NCBI RefSeq assembly: GCF_009914755.1
Contig: NC_060936.1
Reading direction: 5' to 3' (one strand)
Length of the DNA stretch: 64,000 nt
Origin: the human T2T-CHM13v2.0 reference genome, Homo sapiens
In this document: in pieces, positions 63,726 through 64,000 of the stretch
Layout of the letters: the number at the start of each line of letters is the position of its first letter
Position numbering within the stretch: position 1 is the first letter of the stretch
The notes under the pieces: generated by a model
Database searches by the model: none
What the model was told of the DNA's origin: nothing
Seen by the model: the letters and a program-made list of their open reading frames with translations, nothing else
Made by a program: the position numbers and the translations under genes

Positions 63726-64000
63726 GGCCAGGCACAGTGGCTCATACCTCTAATACCAGCACTTTGGGAAGTTGAGACAGGAAGATGGCTTGAGCTTAGG
63801 AGTTCAAGACCAACCTGGGTAACATACAGAGACCTCCCTGTCTCTACAAAAAATTTAAAAATTAGCTGGGCATGGTAGCTTGCACCTGTACTCCTAGCTA
63901 CTTGAGAGGAGGAGGATCCTAGCTACTGAGGCAGGAGGATCTCTTGAGCCAAAGAGTTCCAAGGCTGCATTGAGGTATGACCATGCCACCCAGCCTGGGT
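63726..64000 (+). mobile_element. AluJ (runs off window)
   Basis: Alu dimer. Confidence 0.88.

Overview
Human (hominid) genomic DNA lying entirely within FGD4 (frabin, a Cdc42 GEF and the CMT4H gene), transcribed on the + strand. Nine spliced exons are resolved with GT-AG boundaries and consistent phases: 14389-14541, 26524-26707, 32218-32725, 48744-48833, 51543-51688, 52426-52582, 58226-58364, 61044-61102 and 61405-61551. They encode an N-terminal extension, the F-actin-binding N-terminus (MEEIKPAS..., ATG 26616), the whole DH domain and the start of PH1; the gene continues beyond both window ends. The introns hold about 40 Alus, an antisense SVA with an 18-bp TSD next to an exon, MaLR/ERV1 LTRs, MER1A, MER20, HSMAR2, and old L1/L2/MIR. 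Nearly all other listed ORFs are repeat artefacts. The most interesting signals concern RNA processing: (1) the six DH-domain exons total 738 nt with phase-0 ends and flanking inverted Alus, so a back-spliced circle would carry a stop-free, endless ORF; (2) an 87-nt cryptic exon has recursive-splice (AG|GT) architecture inside the DH domain; (3) two non-Alu long-range inverted repeats and a near-perfect 36-bp hairpin occur in the introns; (4) intronic read-through of the 508-nt exon gives a truncated actin-binding isoform. Functional claims are inferences from sequence alone. Repeat boundaries and subfamily calls were made by eye and are approximate.
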